Shown one piece after another: positions 1 through 9,534 of a stretch of 64,000 nucleotides of DNA (its first letter is position 1; each line of letters begins with the position of its first letter). The notes beneath the pieces were generated by a model. That model did no database searches. It saw only the letters and a list, made by a program, of their open reading frames with translations, and was not told the origin of the DNA. The DNA lies in the NCBI GenBank assembly GCA_036337435.1, contig JAYZEG010000041.1, positions 64,001 to 128,000 of the forward strand, given 5' to 3'. The stretch is from Myxococcota bacterium (GTDB lineage Bacteria; Myxococcota_A; Bradymonadia; UBA7976; UBA1532). A program made the position numbers and the translations under genes.

Positions 1-1
1 T

Positions 2-493
2 GAGTAGCAAATGAGAACCGACTGGCATTTTTGGCAGGGTAATGGAGACGATATTTCGTCCATTTAGCCAATCGGTCTGTTTGCCGAGGCGTAACCATGC
101 GGTCCTGAGTCGAGCTCTGGCTTGAATGCCATTCATCGATTGCGGGCGCAAACCCTGCGCCAGCAGGAAAAAACGCACAGCTCGCATGGCGCGCATATGG
201 CGGCCAGTCCTGTGCGCTGATGCAACGAAAGCAGCTGAGCCAGCTGTGTACGCAAGGCATGCTTTGTCAATGCTGTTTTGAGCTGCCTTGAGTTCAGTTT
301 CAGCGCGTGCCGAGATGGCATCTAACTGAGCTTTCTGATGGGCTCGTCGGAGTTCGTTGAAGAGAGCTTGGGTCGTCTCAGAGACAACGCTGTCGGCACA
401 CGGTGTATGCGGGCCAGCGACTGCACGCCCTTGATTAAAGACCAATACGACAAGGCAAAGATAGTGTCTCGCGTTGTACAATCTTTGAATCAT
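2..493 (-). CDS. Hypothetical secreted protein, 3'-truncated by window edge (not in ORF track)
   Basis: Manual translation from ATG at 493: MIQRLYNARHYLCLVVLVFNQGRAVAGPHTPC... stays open to position 2; signal-peptide-like N-terminus; start overlaps the end of the kinase gene. Confidence 0.6.
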   Translation of the reverse strand, partial: MIQRLYNARHYLCLVVLVFNQGRAVAGPHTPCADSVVSETTQALFNELRRAHQKAQLDAISARAETELKAAQNSIDKACLAYTAGSAAFVASAHRTGRHMRAMRAVRFFLLAQGLRPQSMNGIQARARLRTAWLRLGKQTDWLNGRNIVSITLPKMPVGSHLLL

Positions 494-2276
494 GTCGTTT
501 AACTTCGAGCCTTAAATCTAGGCGCTCCGCGACCGCGCGTGTTCGTTTTAAGATGCGACCCAACGCCTTTATACACCCAATACCTGAGCAGCGACCAGTT
601 TCATACCCCCGGAGTGTCCAATGGGCTTTTTCAAGAATGTCGCCCGCCTTTAACTTTCGACATCGCACCGGACGATGAACCATGATTTCCTCATCTATCC
701 ATACATCAGCCAATCGATGCAAATCTGACAAACGTGCTGCTTTGTCTCGGAGACTGCTGAGTTGTTCGTTGGGTATCGCCCATTGTGTCTCACCGAGTGC
801 GGGTCTCATTTTTATTAATCGTCTAGCGAGCCATTCTCGCTCCATTAAATTTGTCTTAGCCCAGCGCTTTTGACTGTCTGATGCCGTTTCGTCGGGTTGG
901 CTGAGGGTCAGGACCAAACCAGTGAAAAGGGCGTCTCCATCCGTTCCATCTAAAGCCCATCCCTGTTCGGTCTTCTGGATTTTGAAGGTGGGTGAGTCCA
1001 AGAGCTGCCTGGCCACTGGCTTCGGTGCTAGGGGACGACTGGATTTGATAACGTCAGATTTGGAAGACGCCACTTTTTGGTGGTTTGATATGGGACTTAC
1101 TCTCGGTTGATCTGTCTGTTCGGATGACGGTTTGTTGACCACTAGGACAATGCTTATCACACATAAGGTCAGCCCCAATAAAGCCAAGCGTGGATAGTTG
1201 AATCCAATCCCCTCGTCAGCTTGGTTTGTTGTCAATTGTTCGCCATCAGCTTGGGATGGAGGAATGAGTGTGGCCGATACCGATGGAACCACTGAGCCCA
1301 TCCCCGGGTCCGTTTTGAGCTCATGCACAGCCAATGTTTGGGCTGGTCTGGCAATAGATTGCAACACGGATTGAACCAATGTTGTGGTCCTCGGCCTTTG
1401 GTCAGGGTCTACCTTTAAGCACCCATCGATGAGACCAGCTAGAGCCGGATCGATGGTCGGTATGTGCTCTGTTATCGAGATGGCACCGCGGTCCAAGAGT
1501 AAGCCCATCAACTCGGCTTGATTTCGACCAGGGTTGGACCGAATACCAGACAACATTTCGTACAAAATGCCGCCGAACGCATAGAGATCAGTTCGGGCAT
1601 CGACGGGCAACCCTTTGAGTTGTTCTGGAGCCATATAGTTGAGAGTACCCAGTGCCAACCCTGTTTGCGTTTTGAAATCGGGCGAATCAACTTTTACCAA
1701 TCCGAAATCGAGGAGTTTGATGAAGGGTTTGCCGTCGCGAACAATGACCATGATGTTGTCGGGTTTGAGATCCCGATGAACCAACTCGAGTTCATGGGCG
1801 GCTTTCAGGGCATCTAAGATCTGTTCAGCGAATGTGAGCGCTTGATCAAAGGAAAGCTGCTTTTCGGTCATGTACTTAGTGAGGGTTTGGCCGTCGAGAT
1901 ATTCCATGATGAGGAATGGCTCATCTCCGGGTCTCATACCCACATCGAAAACCCGTGCCACATGAGGACTGCGCTCGGAGACCAACTGTGCAGCCTTTGC
2001 CTCATTGAGCATGCGTTGGCGGATCTGCTCACGAAGGTCTTCGGCGACCTCTGCGGTGTTGAGGAGCTTCACGGCTCGGTGAACATTGAGACGCGTGTCG
2101 AAGACTCGGTACACTTGCCCCATGCCTCCTTCGCCCAAACGATTTTCGAGTCGATAACGTCCGTCAGCGAGAGCCGTCAGTGCAGGTGATGGAGTGCCGC
2201 AAGACGGACAGAACGCGCATGATTCTTGTTCCAATACATGGCCGCAGGAAAAACAGCTTGGTGAATTTTCGTTCAT
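435..2276 (-). CDS. Membrane-bound Hanks-type Ser/Thr protein kinase with N-terminal double zinc ribbon
   Basis: CxxC...CxxC N-terminus; GEGGMG, AVK, HRDLKPDN, DFG and APE motifs intact; TM helix LALLGLTLCVISIVLVV followed by an extracytoplasmic region. Confidence 0.95.
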   Translation of the reverse strand: MNENSPSCFSCGHVLEQESCAFCPSCGTPSPALTALADGRYRLENRLGEGGMGQVYRVFDTRLNVHRAVKLLNTAEVAEDLREQIRQRMLNEAKAAQLVSERSPHVARVFDVGMRPGDEPFLIMEYLDGQTLTKYMTEKQLSFDQALTFAEQILDALKAAHELELVHRDLKPDNIMVIVRDGKPFIKLLDFGLVKVDSPDFKTQTGLALGTLNYMAPEQLKGLPVDARTDLYAFGGILYEMLSGIRSNPGRNQAELMGLLLDRGAISITEHIPTIDPALAGLIDGCLKVDPDQRPRTTTLVQSVLQSIARPAQTLAVHELKTDPGMGSVVPSVSATLIPPSQADGEQLTTNQADEGIGFNYPRLALLGLTLCVISIVLVVNKPSSEQTDQPRVSPISNHQKVASSKSDVIKSSRPLAPKPVARQLLDSPTFKIQKTEQGWALDGTDGDALFTGLVLTLSQPDETASDSQKRWAKTNLMEREWLARRLIKMRPALGETQWAIPNEQLSSLRDKAARLSDLHRLADVWIDEEIMVHRPVRCRKLKAGDILEKAHWTLRGYETGRCSGIGCIKALGRILKRTRAVAERLDLRLEVKRHDSKIVQRETLSLPCRIGL

Positions 2277-2450
2277 TGTATGGCCGTCTCGGTCATGCGC
2301 ATTGAGCTTGTGTTTCCCACCTTTACATAGTTTGAGCTTGCCTTAGATAGACCTGACTGTAATTCTGAATGACCATAGTTTCAATTTAATGCATGCGCTT
2401 TTCAATGGTTGACGCGCGGTGTCATTGAATCAATCTTGACAGGGGGGCAT

Positions 2451-2975
2451 ATGGATTTCGATAGGCTCGTGGAGGAATCACGAAAGAGCGAAACCCCACT
2501 GGGTGTCGTCTTTTACATCGCCAAAAAAGCACTCGAAGCAGCCGGTACAGAGTCAGACACAATCGACCAATTAACCCATGTCATGGACACCGCCCTCGGC
2601 AAGCTCAGCGACGATGACAAATTGCTTTTAGCCTATGTGATAGATCGTCGTATTTCAGAGACACCGTTTCCCGGTTGGGTTCTCTTCAGGTCTAGGCTCA
2701 CGACGGTCGAGGCTCACATCTTAAGTCATGCATTGAGAGATCGTGGTTTCGATACGCGCATTCGGCGGGACCATGAGTCTGCTGCTGATGCACTTTATGC
2801 ATCCAACGGCGGAGAAATTTGGATCCGCCCTTGGCATTTGAAGGCAGCGCGGACGTTGGTCAACGAGCTCAAAGACAGCGCAGTTGAATCGATCCATTGT
2901 ACGGCCTGCGGTGAAGATAATCCCGCTCATTTTACCAGCTGTTGGAATTGCGGACAGAGCTTAATCAACGTCTAG
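2451..2975 (+). CDS. DUF2007-like (putative signal-transducing) protein with C-terminal zinc ribbon and extra N-terminal domain
   Basis: EAHILSHALRDRGF...EIWI...AARTLV pattern; CTACGEDNPAHFTSCWNC; GGGGG RBS before ATG 2451. Confidence 0.7.
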   Translation: MDFDRLVEESRKSETPLGVVFYIAKKALEAAGTESDTIDQLTHVMDTALGKLSDDDKLLLAYVIDRRISETPFPGWVLFRSRLTTVEAHILSHALRDRGFDTRIRRDHESAADALYASNGGEIWIRPWHLKAARTLVNELKDSAVESIHCTACGEDNPAHFTSCWNCGQSLINV

Positions 2976-2993
2976 CGATTCGGAGAGAACACC

Positions 2994-3797
2994 ATTTTAG
3001 CTTATACAACCCATTTCAGCGGTGAGACCCCACCAAAGCATATCGCCTTGTTGCTCCATGGCATTCTTGGTTCACGACGCAACTGGGCGACCATGGCTCG
3101 TCGTCTGTCTCAGCGTCACCCAGATTGGGGGTTTATTGCAGTCGATCTTCGTGGACATGGCGATTCGCATGGTCTGGATCCCCTCCATACTGTCGAGGCA
3201 TGCGCGGCCGATGTTGAGGATCTCTTGTTAGATCTGGAACTGACCGCGAAAGCCATTATTGGGCATTCCTTCGGCGGTAAAGTGGCCCTCGCCTGCGCCG
3301 AGGCATTTTCCGACCCTGTGGAGCAAGTATGGTGCCTAGATTCGTCGCCGTCGCTCATGGGGACCGATACAACAGGAGTCGTTGATCGAGTCATCAAAGC
3401 AGCCCGGGGTGCCCCTCAGCCGGTCGATCATCGGCTTGCGATGGTGCCTTATTTCGAGAGTCTTGGCTTCCCTCGCAGTATCGGTGCCTGGATGACGACC
3501 AATCTCAAACGGGTAGACGACGAGTTCGTCTGGAGATTTGACCTGGATGTCATCGAAGCGTTGCTCGATGATTATCGTCAGCTTGACTTCTGGTCATTTC
3601 TCCAATCAAGCAAGCGTCGGACGTTGGTCAACTGGGTTCTCGCTGGACGGTCAAACTGGTGGCAGGCCTCCGTTGGGGATCGGCTGCGTCAGCTGAACAA
3701 CTCACAGGTTCATCTGTTACCAAATTCTGGTCATTGGGTTCATGTAGATGACCCTGATGGCCTGCTTTTGGTCCTCGATCATCTCGCCCGGAATTAA
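2994..3797 (+). CDS. Alpha/beta hydrolase (YbfF/ABHD11-like esterase); start uncertain (ATT 2994 or TTG 3048)
   Basis: LHGILGS, DLRGHG, GHSFGG nucleophile elbow, GHWVH catalytic His. Confidence 0.9.
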   Translation: MLAYTTHFSGETPPKHIALLLHGILGSRRNWATMARRLSQRHPDWGFIAVDLRGHGDSHGLDPLHTVEACAADVEDLLLDLELTAKAIIGHSFGGKVALACAEAFSDPVEQVWCLDSSPSLMGTDTTGVVDRVIKAARGAPQPVDHRLAMVPYFESLGFPRSIGAWMTTNLKRVDDEFVWRFDLDVIEALLDDYRQLDFWSFLQSSKRRTLVNWVLAGRSNWWQASVGDRLRQLNNSQVHLLPNSGHWVHVDDPDGLLLVLDHLARN

Positions 3798-3899
3798 AGC
3801 ACTCTGCAAACTCGAGCACTGTTTTTTTCTGCTGACAGCACGTCATATAAGACGCATTATTTCCACGGTTCACGCCTAAACGAAGACTCGGAGAAAACA

Positions 3900-5183
3900 G
3901 TGTCCAACCACTTGGAAACTCAAATGGAACCAAAATTACCAGAGCCGATTGCCGGAACCCTCAGCCGTAAGGGCCGTTCGATCACCTTCCCGAAAAAGGG
4001 GATTTTAGGTCAGAGTGCGGCTGCTCGAGGACGAAAAATCAATGGCACGATTGGAATCGCCCTCGACGAACAGGGGCAGCCGATGTTCCTCGATGGTCTT
4101 GCGCCCATGGTGGATTTACCGGTGACAGACATGTTTCCTTACGCATCGAGCTTTGGGAAGCCCGAGCTGAGGCAGCGCTGGTTGCAAATGATCTTGGACA
4201 AGAATCCTAAGCTAAATGAAGACCAATTGAGTCAGCCAGTCGTCACCAACGCACTCACCCACGGCCTGAGTGTGGCAGGTTCCCTCTTCCTCGATCCGGG
4301 TGACCAACTTATTTTGGCCGATCGTTTCTGGGGTAATTACAAGCTGATTTTCCAGCATACCTACGATGCCGAATTAGAGACATTCCCCACCTTCGATGGT
4401 GCAGGTTTTAATACAGCAGGTATGCTTGCGACGGCTCAATCCTGTCCTGGTAAGAAAGTTGTTCTGCTGCTTAATTTTCCGAACAATCCAACTGGCTATA
4501 CGTGCACGGTGGAGGAAGCGAAGGCGATAAGAGACGCCCTCATTTCTCTTGCCGATTCTGGACGCGAGGTGGTTGTCTTGATCGACGATGCTTACTTCGG
4601 CTTGGTCTACGAAGATGGCATTATGAAAGACTCGATTTTTTCGTGGCTCGCCGATGCTCATGAACGGCTGCTCGCCGTCAAGATAGACGGAGCCACCAAA
4701 GAAGACTTTGCTTGGGGTTATCGGGTCGGATTTCTGACATTTGCGTTTAAGGGCGCGACGACAAGCCAATTGGCAATCCTCGAAGATAAAGCAGCAGCGA
4801 CCGTCCGGGCAACCATTTCGAATGCATCTCATCTCGGTCAATCTCTGATGTTAGCCGCTTACAACCACGCGGATTATCCGAGTTGGAAAGACCGCGCCTA
4901 CCAGCAACTCAAGTGTCGCTACGATACGGTCAGGCGCGTCTTTCGAGACCATCCCGAGTACGCGGCGAGTTTTATTCCTCAACCCTTCAACTCGGGTTAC
5001 TTTCTTTGTGTGAAGCCCATTGGCGTCGATTCAGAGTCGGTCAGACTCAGACTGTTAGACCAATACGATGTTGGCGTTATCGCAGCTGGTGACTTGATTC
5101 GGGTCGCTTATTCATCTGTGCCATCTGCGGACCTACCCGACCTCTTTGAATCCATTCATTTGGCCATTAGGTCACTGGCGTAA
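3900..5183 (+). CDS. PLP-dependent aminotransferase class I/II
   Basis: NFPNNPTGY, DDAY, GATKEDFAWGYRVG (PLP Lys) motifs. Confidence 0.92.
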   Translation: MSNHLETQMEPKLPEPIAGTLSRKGRSITFPKKGILGQSAAARGRKINGTIGIALDEQGQPMFLDGLAPMVDLPVTDMFPYASSFGKPELRQRWLQMILDKNPKLNEDQLSQPVVTNALTHGLSVAGSLFLDPGDQLILADRFWGNYKLIFQHTYDAELETFPTFDGAGFNTAGMLATAQSCPGKKVVLLLNFPNNPTGYTCTVEEAKAIRDALISLADSGREVVVLIDDAYFGLVYEDGIMKDSIFSWLADAHERLLAVKIDGATKEDFAWGYRVGFLTFAFKGATTSQLAILEDKAAATVRATISNASHLGQSLMLAAYNHADYPSWKDRAYQQLKCRYDTVRRVFRDHPEYAASFIPQPFNSGYFLCVKPIGVDSESVRLRLLDQYDVGVIAAGDLIRVAYSSVPSADLPDLFESIHLAIRSLA

Positions 5184-5253
5184 CCAACGTCCTCAGGGAT
5201 TCTTTTTGACGTAAATTTTGATCGTTTGGGGTGAAGTACATTATCCTAGAGGC

Positions 5254-6891
5254 ATGAGGGGTCTTGAGGGAAACAGCGACTTTAACTTACTGGTGTGTTC
5301 GGACCTGCATTTGGGCGGAACCCTCCGAGGAGAGGACATCTTCACCGCACCGGGTGCCTCTCTGCCCTTCGCCGCTCTCAGGCGTGCTGTTCGGCACGAT
5401 AAATCAGTCGAAAAGTTTCTCGATTATCACCGCCACAATACCGCCACAGATGAGCTCGGTCGGTTGAAGCCGTGGCGATTGGTCCTGAATGGCGATATTT
5501 TTGATTTTCTGCACATCGACGTGATGCCCACTGGAGACCAAGCGGCTGAACCCAGCGAGGACGAAGAACGCTATGGTCTGTCCTTCGCCGAAAATCGATC
5601 GTGTTGGAAAATGGGTGTTATTTGCTCCATACATCGCCGGACTGTTCGCGCCTTGGCACGATTTGTTGATGCGGGTCATCAATGCGTATTTATCTTAGGC
5701 AACCATGATGTTGACCTTTGGTTCGACAAGGTTCGAAATGGCCTCCTGGATGCACTCGAGTTGGTCTCTTCAGAGCCCGAAAAGATTCGGCAACGTGTTC
5801 GTTTTGAACCATGGTTCTATTTTGAGGAGAACCGTGTTTACGTTGAGCATGGCCATCGCTTTGACCCGTACAACACATTTCCTGACCCGCTGCAGCCGAT
5901 CGTTGTCACGGACCAACGTCAGTTAGCACCTACATTTGGACATTTTAGTCTGCGCTATTTTTGCAATCGAGTCCGGAGTTTTCCCATTTACGACATGGAC
6001 AAAAATCCCATGTCAAAGATTGTTAATTGGGTCATCAAGAGGCCTAAAAAAGAAGTCTTCATGGCTTTTGTCTACTGGCTATCTTTCCTTTGGCGGTACA
6101 TCAGAGCCAATTTCCTGATCCGGCGTTCGGCTGATCAGAAACGGGCCTCGCTCAGGCAACGCCGTCGTGAAAAATTAAGGCACATCGCTGAGTCGAAAGG
6201 GCTCACGCTCAAGGACGTGTTGAGCCTCGATGGTTTAAAACGCCGCCATGTAGGGGCTAGTTTTGCAAGATTGGCTCAAAGTATGTTGCTGGACCTCATC
6301 GCTCTGTTCTCAATAGCGGGTGCGTCTGTGGTCGCCATCATCGCTGTGGCAGATGGGTGGAATGCGACTGTTGCCACCTCAATTCTGGTTCTGTTCGTGT
6401 GCGTGATTTGGTATCGGCTCAATCGAACCAGGCCGATCTTTGATGTTCAACCCATGCTCGGGAGATTGGCCCGGAAAATCGGGCGAATCACCGGTGCGAA
6501 AGTGGTTGTCTTCGGCCACACGCACAAAGCGGCCATCGAGAAGCGTGGCGCGACCCAATGGTTGAATCCAGGTTCATGGGAACATTTACCCTGGTCGGAC
6601 GTCCACGACCGCACCGCGTCGTGTACCTGTGCCCTGCGCTATGGCGTGATCACAGGCACAGGGAGGTATACTCAGCTTTACTTGGTCGACTGGTGTGCCA
6701 CTGAGGAGGTGCCGGTCGGTGCTCGGCAAACGACCGATGGTTATGTTCAAGGGGTCAAAGGCCATTTGAGCCAAGGCGTTGGCTCATTGCATTCTCGCCT
6801 TAATCATATTCTTGGCCGCCTTCGAGATCGGGCCGGGCACGTCGCGGCTCTTCGCAACAAGTCTCAAGTCGCTGAGTCTGAGATGCGTTAG
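5254..6891 (+). CDS. Calcineurin-like metallophosphoesterase with two TM helices
   Basis: SDLHLG, NGDIFD, GNHD, EHGH, FGHTH and NPGSW motifs. Confidence 0.85.
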   Translation: MRGLEGNSDFNLLVCSDLHLGGTLRGEDIFTAPGASLPFAALRRAVRHDKSVEKFLDYHRHNTATDELGRLKPWRLVLNGDIFDFLHIDVMPTGDQAAEPSEDEERYGLSFAENRSCWKMGVICSIHRRTVRALARFVDAGHQCVFILGNHDVDLWFDKVRNGLLDALELVSSEPEKIRQRVRFEPWFYFEENRVYVEHGHRFDPYNTFPDPLQPIVVTDQRQLAPTFGHFSLRYFCNRVRSFPIYDMDKNPMSKIVNWVIKRPKKEVFMAFVYWLSFLWRYIRANFLIRRSADQKRASLRQRRREKLRHIAESKGLTLKDVLSLDGLKRRHVGASFARLAQSMLLDLIALFSIAGASVVAIIAVADGWNATVATSILVLFVCVIWYRLNRTRPIFDVQPMLGRLARKIGRITGAKVVVFGHTHKAAIEKRGATQWLNPGSWEHLPWSDVHDRTASCTCALRYGVITGTGRYTQLYLVDWCATEEVPVGARQTTDGYVQGVKGHLSQGVGSLHSRLNHILGRLRDRAGHVAALRNKSQVAESEMR

Positions 6892-7956
6892 GAAGCGCAT
6901 TGCCTCACTCGTAGGCGTTTTGGGGTTCTTCACCAAATTGAGTTTGACCGCATAATGACGCGTCCATTTTCGATTGCCCGCGATGTACGTTATCACCTCA
7001 TCGATAAGGGATTTATTCTTGGCGTAGGCGAGCACTTCCGAATCGGTTACGGCCGGACTCCGAATCACGGTTCGTGCAACCACTTTATTGGTGTCTCGAA
7101 TCAAGATTCCACGCTCGGCCGAATTGCCCATGAGCGCGAGCCTCACTTTCTGAGCGACATTCAGCTGTCTGATGCGGCCAGCCGCCGACATTTTCTTTTC
7201 GTCTTCTGCTTCAGTCTCAGGTCGGTCGTCAAATTCGTCTGCCGATCCCATGGTTCGCTGCATCACATCAACGGCTGCATCGACCGCATCTTCACTGCCA
7301 TCACCGCTGAGCTCTCGCAACGCGTCCTGGGCATCTCTAAAAAGTGCATCAGCGGCCGCTTGCTCTTCCTCAGTCTGCGGAATTTGACCACCGATTTCGG
7401 CTACGATCGCCTCGTAATCAGGAATGGCGGACAGCTTGAGTTGGTTACGGGCTGCGAAGTCAAGCATCCGATCGACTGTCGACGCTCTGGCCGTTGGATT
7501 AAAGTACAAGGCTTCAATCAAGGCGGGGCATCGTAACAAGCGCATTTGGTTCTGGGCGATTAAATCGCAGATCGCCTCGTCGGCCGCATCGGCGATTCTT
7601 AAGACCGTTTCGTCGTCGGTAACCGGATTCAGGAGGATGGTTCGAACGATGGCTTTATCGCCTGCAAATAGGGTCGCGAGCCAGTCGAGCACCAGGGGCA
7701 GCATAGGTTGTTTGATAACCTGCTTTAGACTGGCGTCCGGCATATTGAGGACAGTTTTCTTAGCCTCCTCATGCAGGGCACCCGTTTCTGCCATGGCGAT
7801 TTGGTACAGTGAGCATAGCTGCACGACGGGCTTCATCGGAACGAGGCCTTTTGACAACATCTCTTTTAAACGCGCCGGTGCGTCCGGAGAAATGAATCGG
7901 CGAGCGGCGTCCGGAAACTTTTCAATTGGAATCAATCGGTCTTCAGGCAGCGCCAC
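6784..7956 (-). CDS. Conserved hypothetical helical-repeat (HEAT/LRV-like) protein
   Basis: GTG with AAGGAG RBS; recurring LxxNPxT motifs (LLNPVT, FNPTAR, VKNPKTP); C-terminal IRQLNVAQKVRLALMG...RGILIRD block; last gene of the epmA-birA-coaX run. Confidence 0.75.
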   Translation of the reverse strand: MALPEDRLIPIEKFPDAARRFISPDAPARLKEMLSKGLVPMKPVVQLCSLYQIAMAETGALHEEAKKTVLNMPDASLKQVIKQPMLPLVLDWLATLFAGDKAIVRTILLNPVTDDETVLRIADAADEAICDLIAQNQMRLLRCPALIEALYFNPTARASTVDRMLDFAARNQLKLSAIPDYEAIVAEIGGQIPQTEEEQAAADALFRDAQDALRELSGDGSEDAVDAAVDVMQRTMGSADEFDDRPETEAEDEKKMSAAGRIRQLNVAQKVRLALMGNSAERGILIRDTNKVVARTVIRSPAVTDSEVLAYAKNKSLIDEVITYIAGNRKWTRHYAVKLNLVKNPKTPTSEAMRFLTHLRLSDLRLVAKSRDVPGPISKAAKNMIKARMQ

Positions 7957-8037
7957 GGCGACTCCTTCGGGTTTTTTAATACGTTGACGGGTTGTCCCCG
8001 ATGGGTCAAGGGGTGCTGAATAATCTCAGCTCTCGAC

Positions 8038-8814
8038 CTAGTCTCGATGTCGATTTCGCAGATAGAGAATCCTGAGCCCATCCAGGGTGAGGTCAGCGTC
8101 GACTTGGGTTATGGCAACCGTCTCGCGAGCGATTTGAGTCGCGAGTCCACCTGTCGCGATCACCCTGAACTCGAAGTCGACGGCCTCTTTAATGCGCTTG
8201 ATGAGTCCCTCCACTAAGCCGACATATCCGAACACGAGTCCCGATTGGATGCTGGCGACTGTATTTCGGCCGACAACGTGGTCAGGACGAACAAAATCAA
8301 CCCTTGGAAGACGGGCCGCATGGTCGAATAATGCTTGGCTTGATATCCCAATTCCCGGGCAGATCGAGCCGCCTAGATACGCACCATCTGGACTGACGAC
8401 GTCGAAAGTGGTCGCCGTTCCAAAGTCGACGATAACCAGGCCCGATGACCATCGATTATAAGCCGCGACCGCATTCACGATACGATCGGCGCCGACTTCG
8501 CGAGGATCTTCATAGCGAATGGGCATCCCGGTCTTGAGGCCTGGCCCTACCACCAAGCAATCCACGTCGAATAAGGCCTTCGCCATGTTGACCATCGTTC
8601 TTGTCATCGAGGGCACCACACTGGATACGATGGCAGCGGATATATCGTCTTTCGAAATGGCCAACGATGTTCCAAAAAGGGATTGGATCAGCACACTCAT
8701 TTCATCAGAGGTACGTTCTGATCGAGTCGTTACCCGCCAGTGAGCAGCCAGCTTATCCTCATCCCAGACCCCGAGCACAGTGTGTGTATTGCCGACATCG
8801 ATTGCCAATAACAT
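8038..8814 (-). CDS. coaX: Type III pantothenate kinase
   Basis: LLAIDVGNT, GADRIVN, VDFGTATT, ATGG motifs. Confidence 0.97.
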   Translation of the reverse strand: MLLAIDVGNTHTVLGVWDEDKLAAHWRVTTRSERTSDEMSVLIQSLFGTSLAISKDDISAAIVSSVVPSMTRTMVNMAKALFDVDCLVVGPGLKTGMPIRYEDPREVGADRIVNAVAAYNRWSSGLVIVDFGTATTFDVVSPDGAYLGGSICPGIGISSQALFDHAARLPRVDFVRPDHVVGRNTVASIQSGLVFGYVGLVEGLIKRIKEAVDFEFRVIATGGLATQIARETVAITQVDADLTLDGLRILYLRNRHRD

Positions 8815-9534
8815 TCAGTCTACCTCTTCAATTATGTGAACGTCACCTGCGTGAATCAGCTCAATACCTGTTGCCGTTTCTATGCGCAATGAACCGTCAG
8901 CGGCCAGTCCGGAAAAACGCCCAATCTGTTGGCCTCGCTTCATCGGCGTACCGAGAGGCGGCCCATAAGCCAGCCAGTTTTTGGTGATGGCCGCCATACC
9001 TTCAGACGTCGCCTCCTCTAGACCCGCTCTCAAGTAGCCGACGAGTTTGTCTGCAATTTCTCGCCTATCAAGGGCCGTTTCGGTGACTTCACTTAGACCG
9101 ATGGCACTCAGTTCGGATGGCCAGCCGCCGGTCGGGACATCGATGTTTAATCCAATGCCAACCACGGCATACCAACGGGTGCCAATGGTTCTCGCTTCGC
9201 AGAGAATGCCTGCCAGTTTTTGGCCCTGATACAGGACATCATTGGGCCACTTGAGCATGACACGAACGTTTAATTCATCGCAAAGTTTGGCTGTAGCGAC
9301 GGCGGCCAGCAAGGGGACGGCTCCACCCAGGCTTTGTGGCAACTTGGGTTGAGAAAGCCAGCTTAAATAAAGCCCGGCCGACTCAGGAGAATGCCAAGTT
9401 CGTCCCATTCGACCTCGGCCCTGAGTTTGGCTCATTGACGCGACAGCATCATAGGTTGGGTCACCAATCAGTGTCAGTGCTTCATCGTTGGTGCTCTGAC
9501 AGGAGTCGATCCATTTAATCATTTTGTCTACCAT
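8815..9534 (-). CDS. birA: Biotin-[acetyl-CoA carboxylase] ligase (no N-terminal HTH)
   Basis: STN, QTQGRGRMGRTWHSP, KWPND, KLAGIL motifs. Confidence 0.95.
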   Translation of the reverse strand: MVDKMIKWIDSCQSTNDEALTLIGDPTYDAVASMSQTQGRGRMGRTWHSPESAGLYLSWLSQPKLPQSLGGAVPLLAAVATAKLCDELNVRVMLKWPNDVLYQGQKLAGILCEARTIGTRWYAVVGIGLNIDVPTGGWPSELSAIGLSEVTETALDRREIADKLVGYLRAGLEEATSEGMAAITKNWLAYGPPLGTPMKRGQQIGRFSGLAADGSLRIETATGIELIHAGDVHIIEEVD

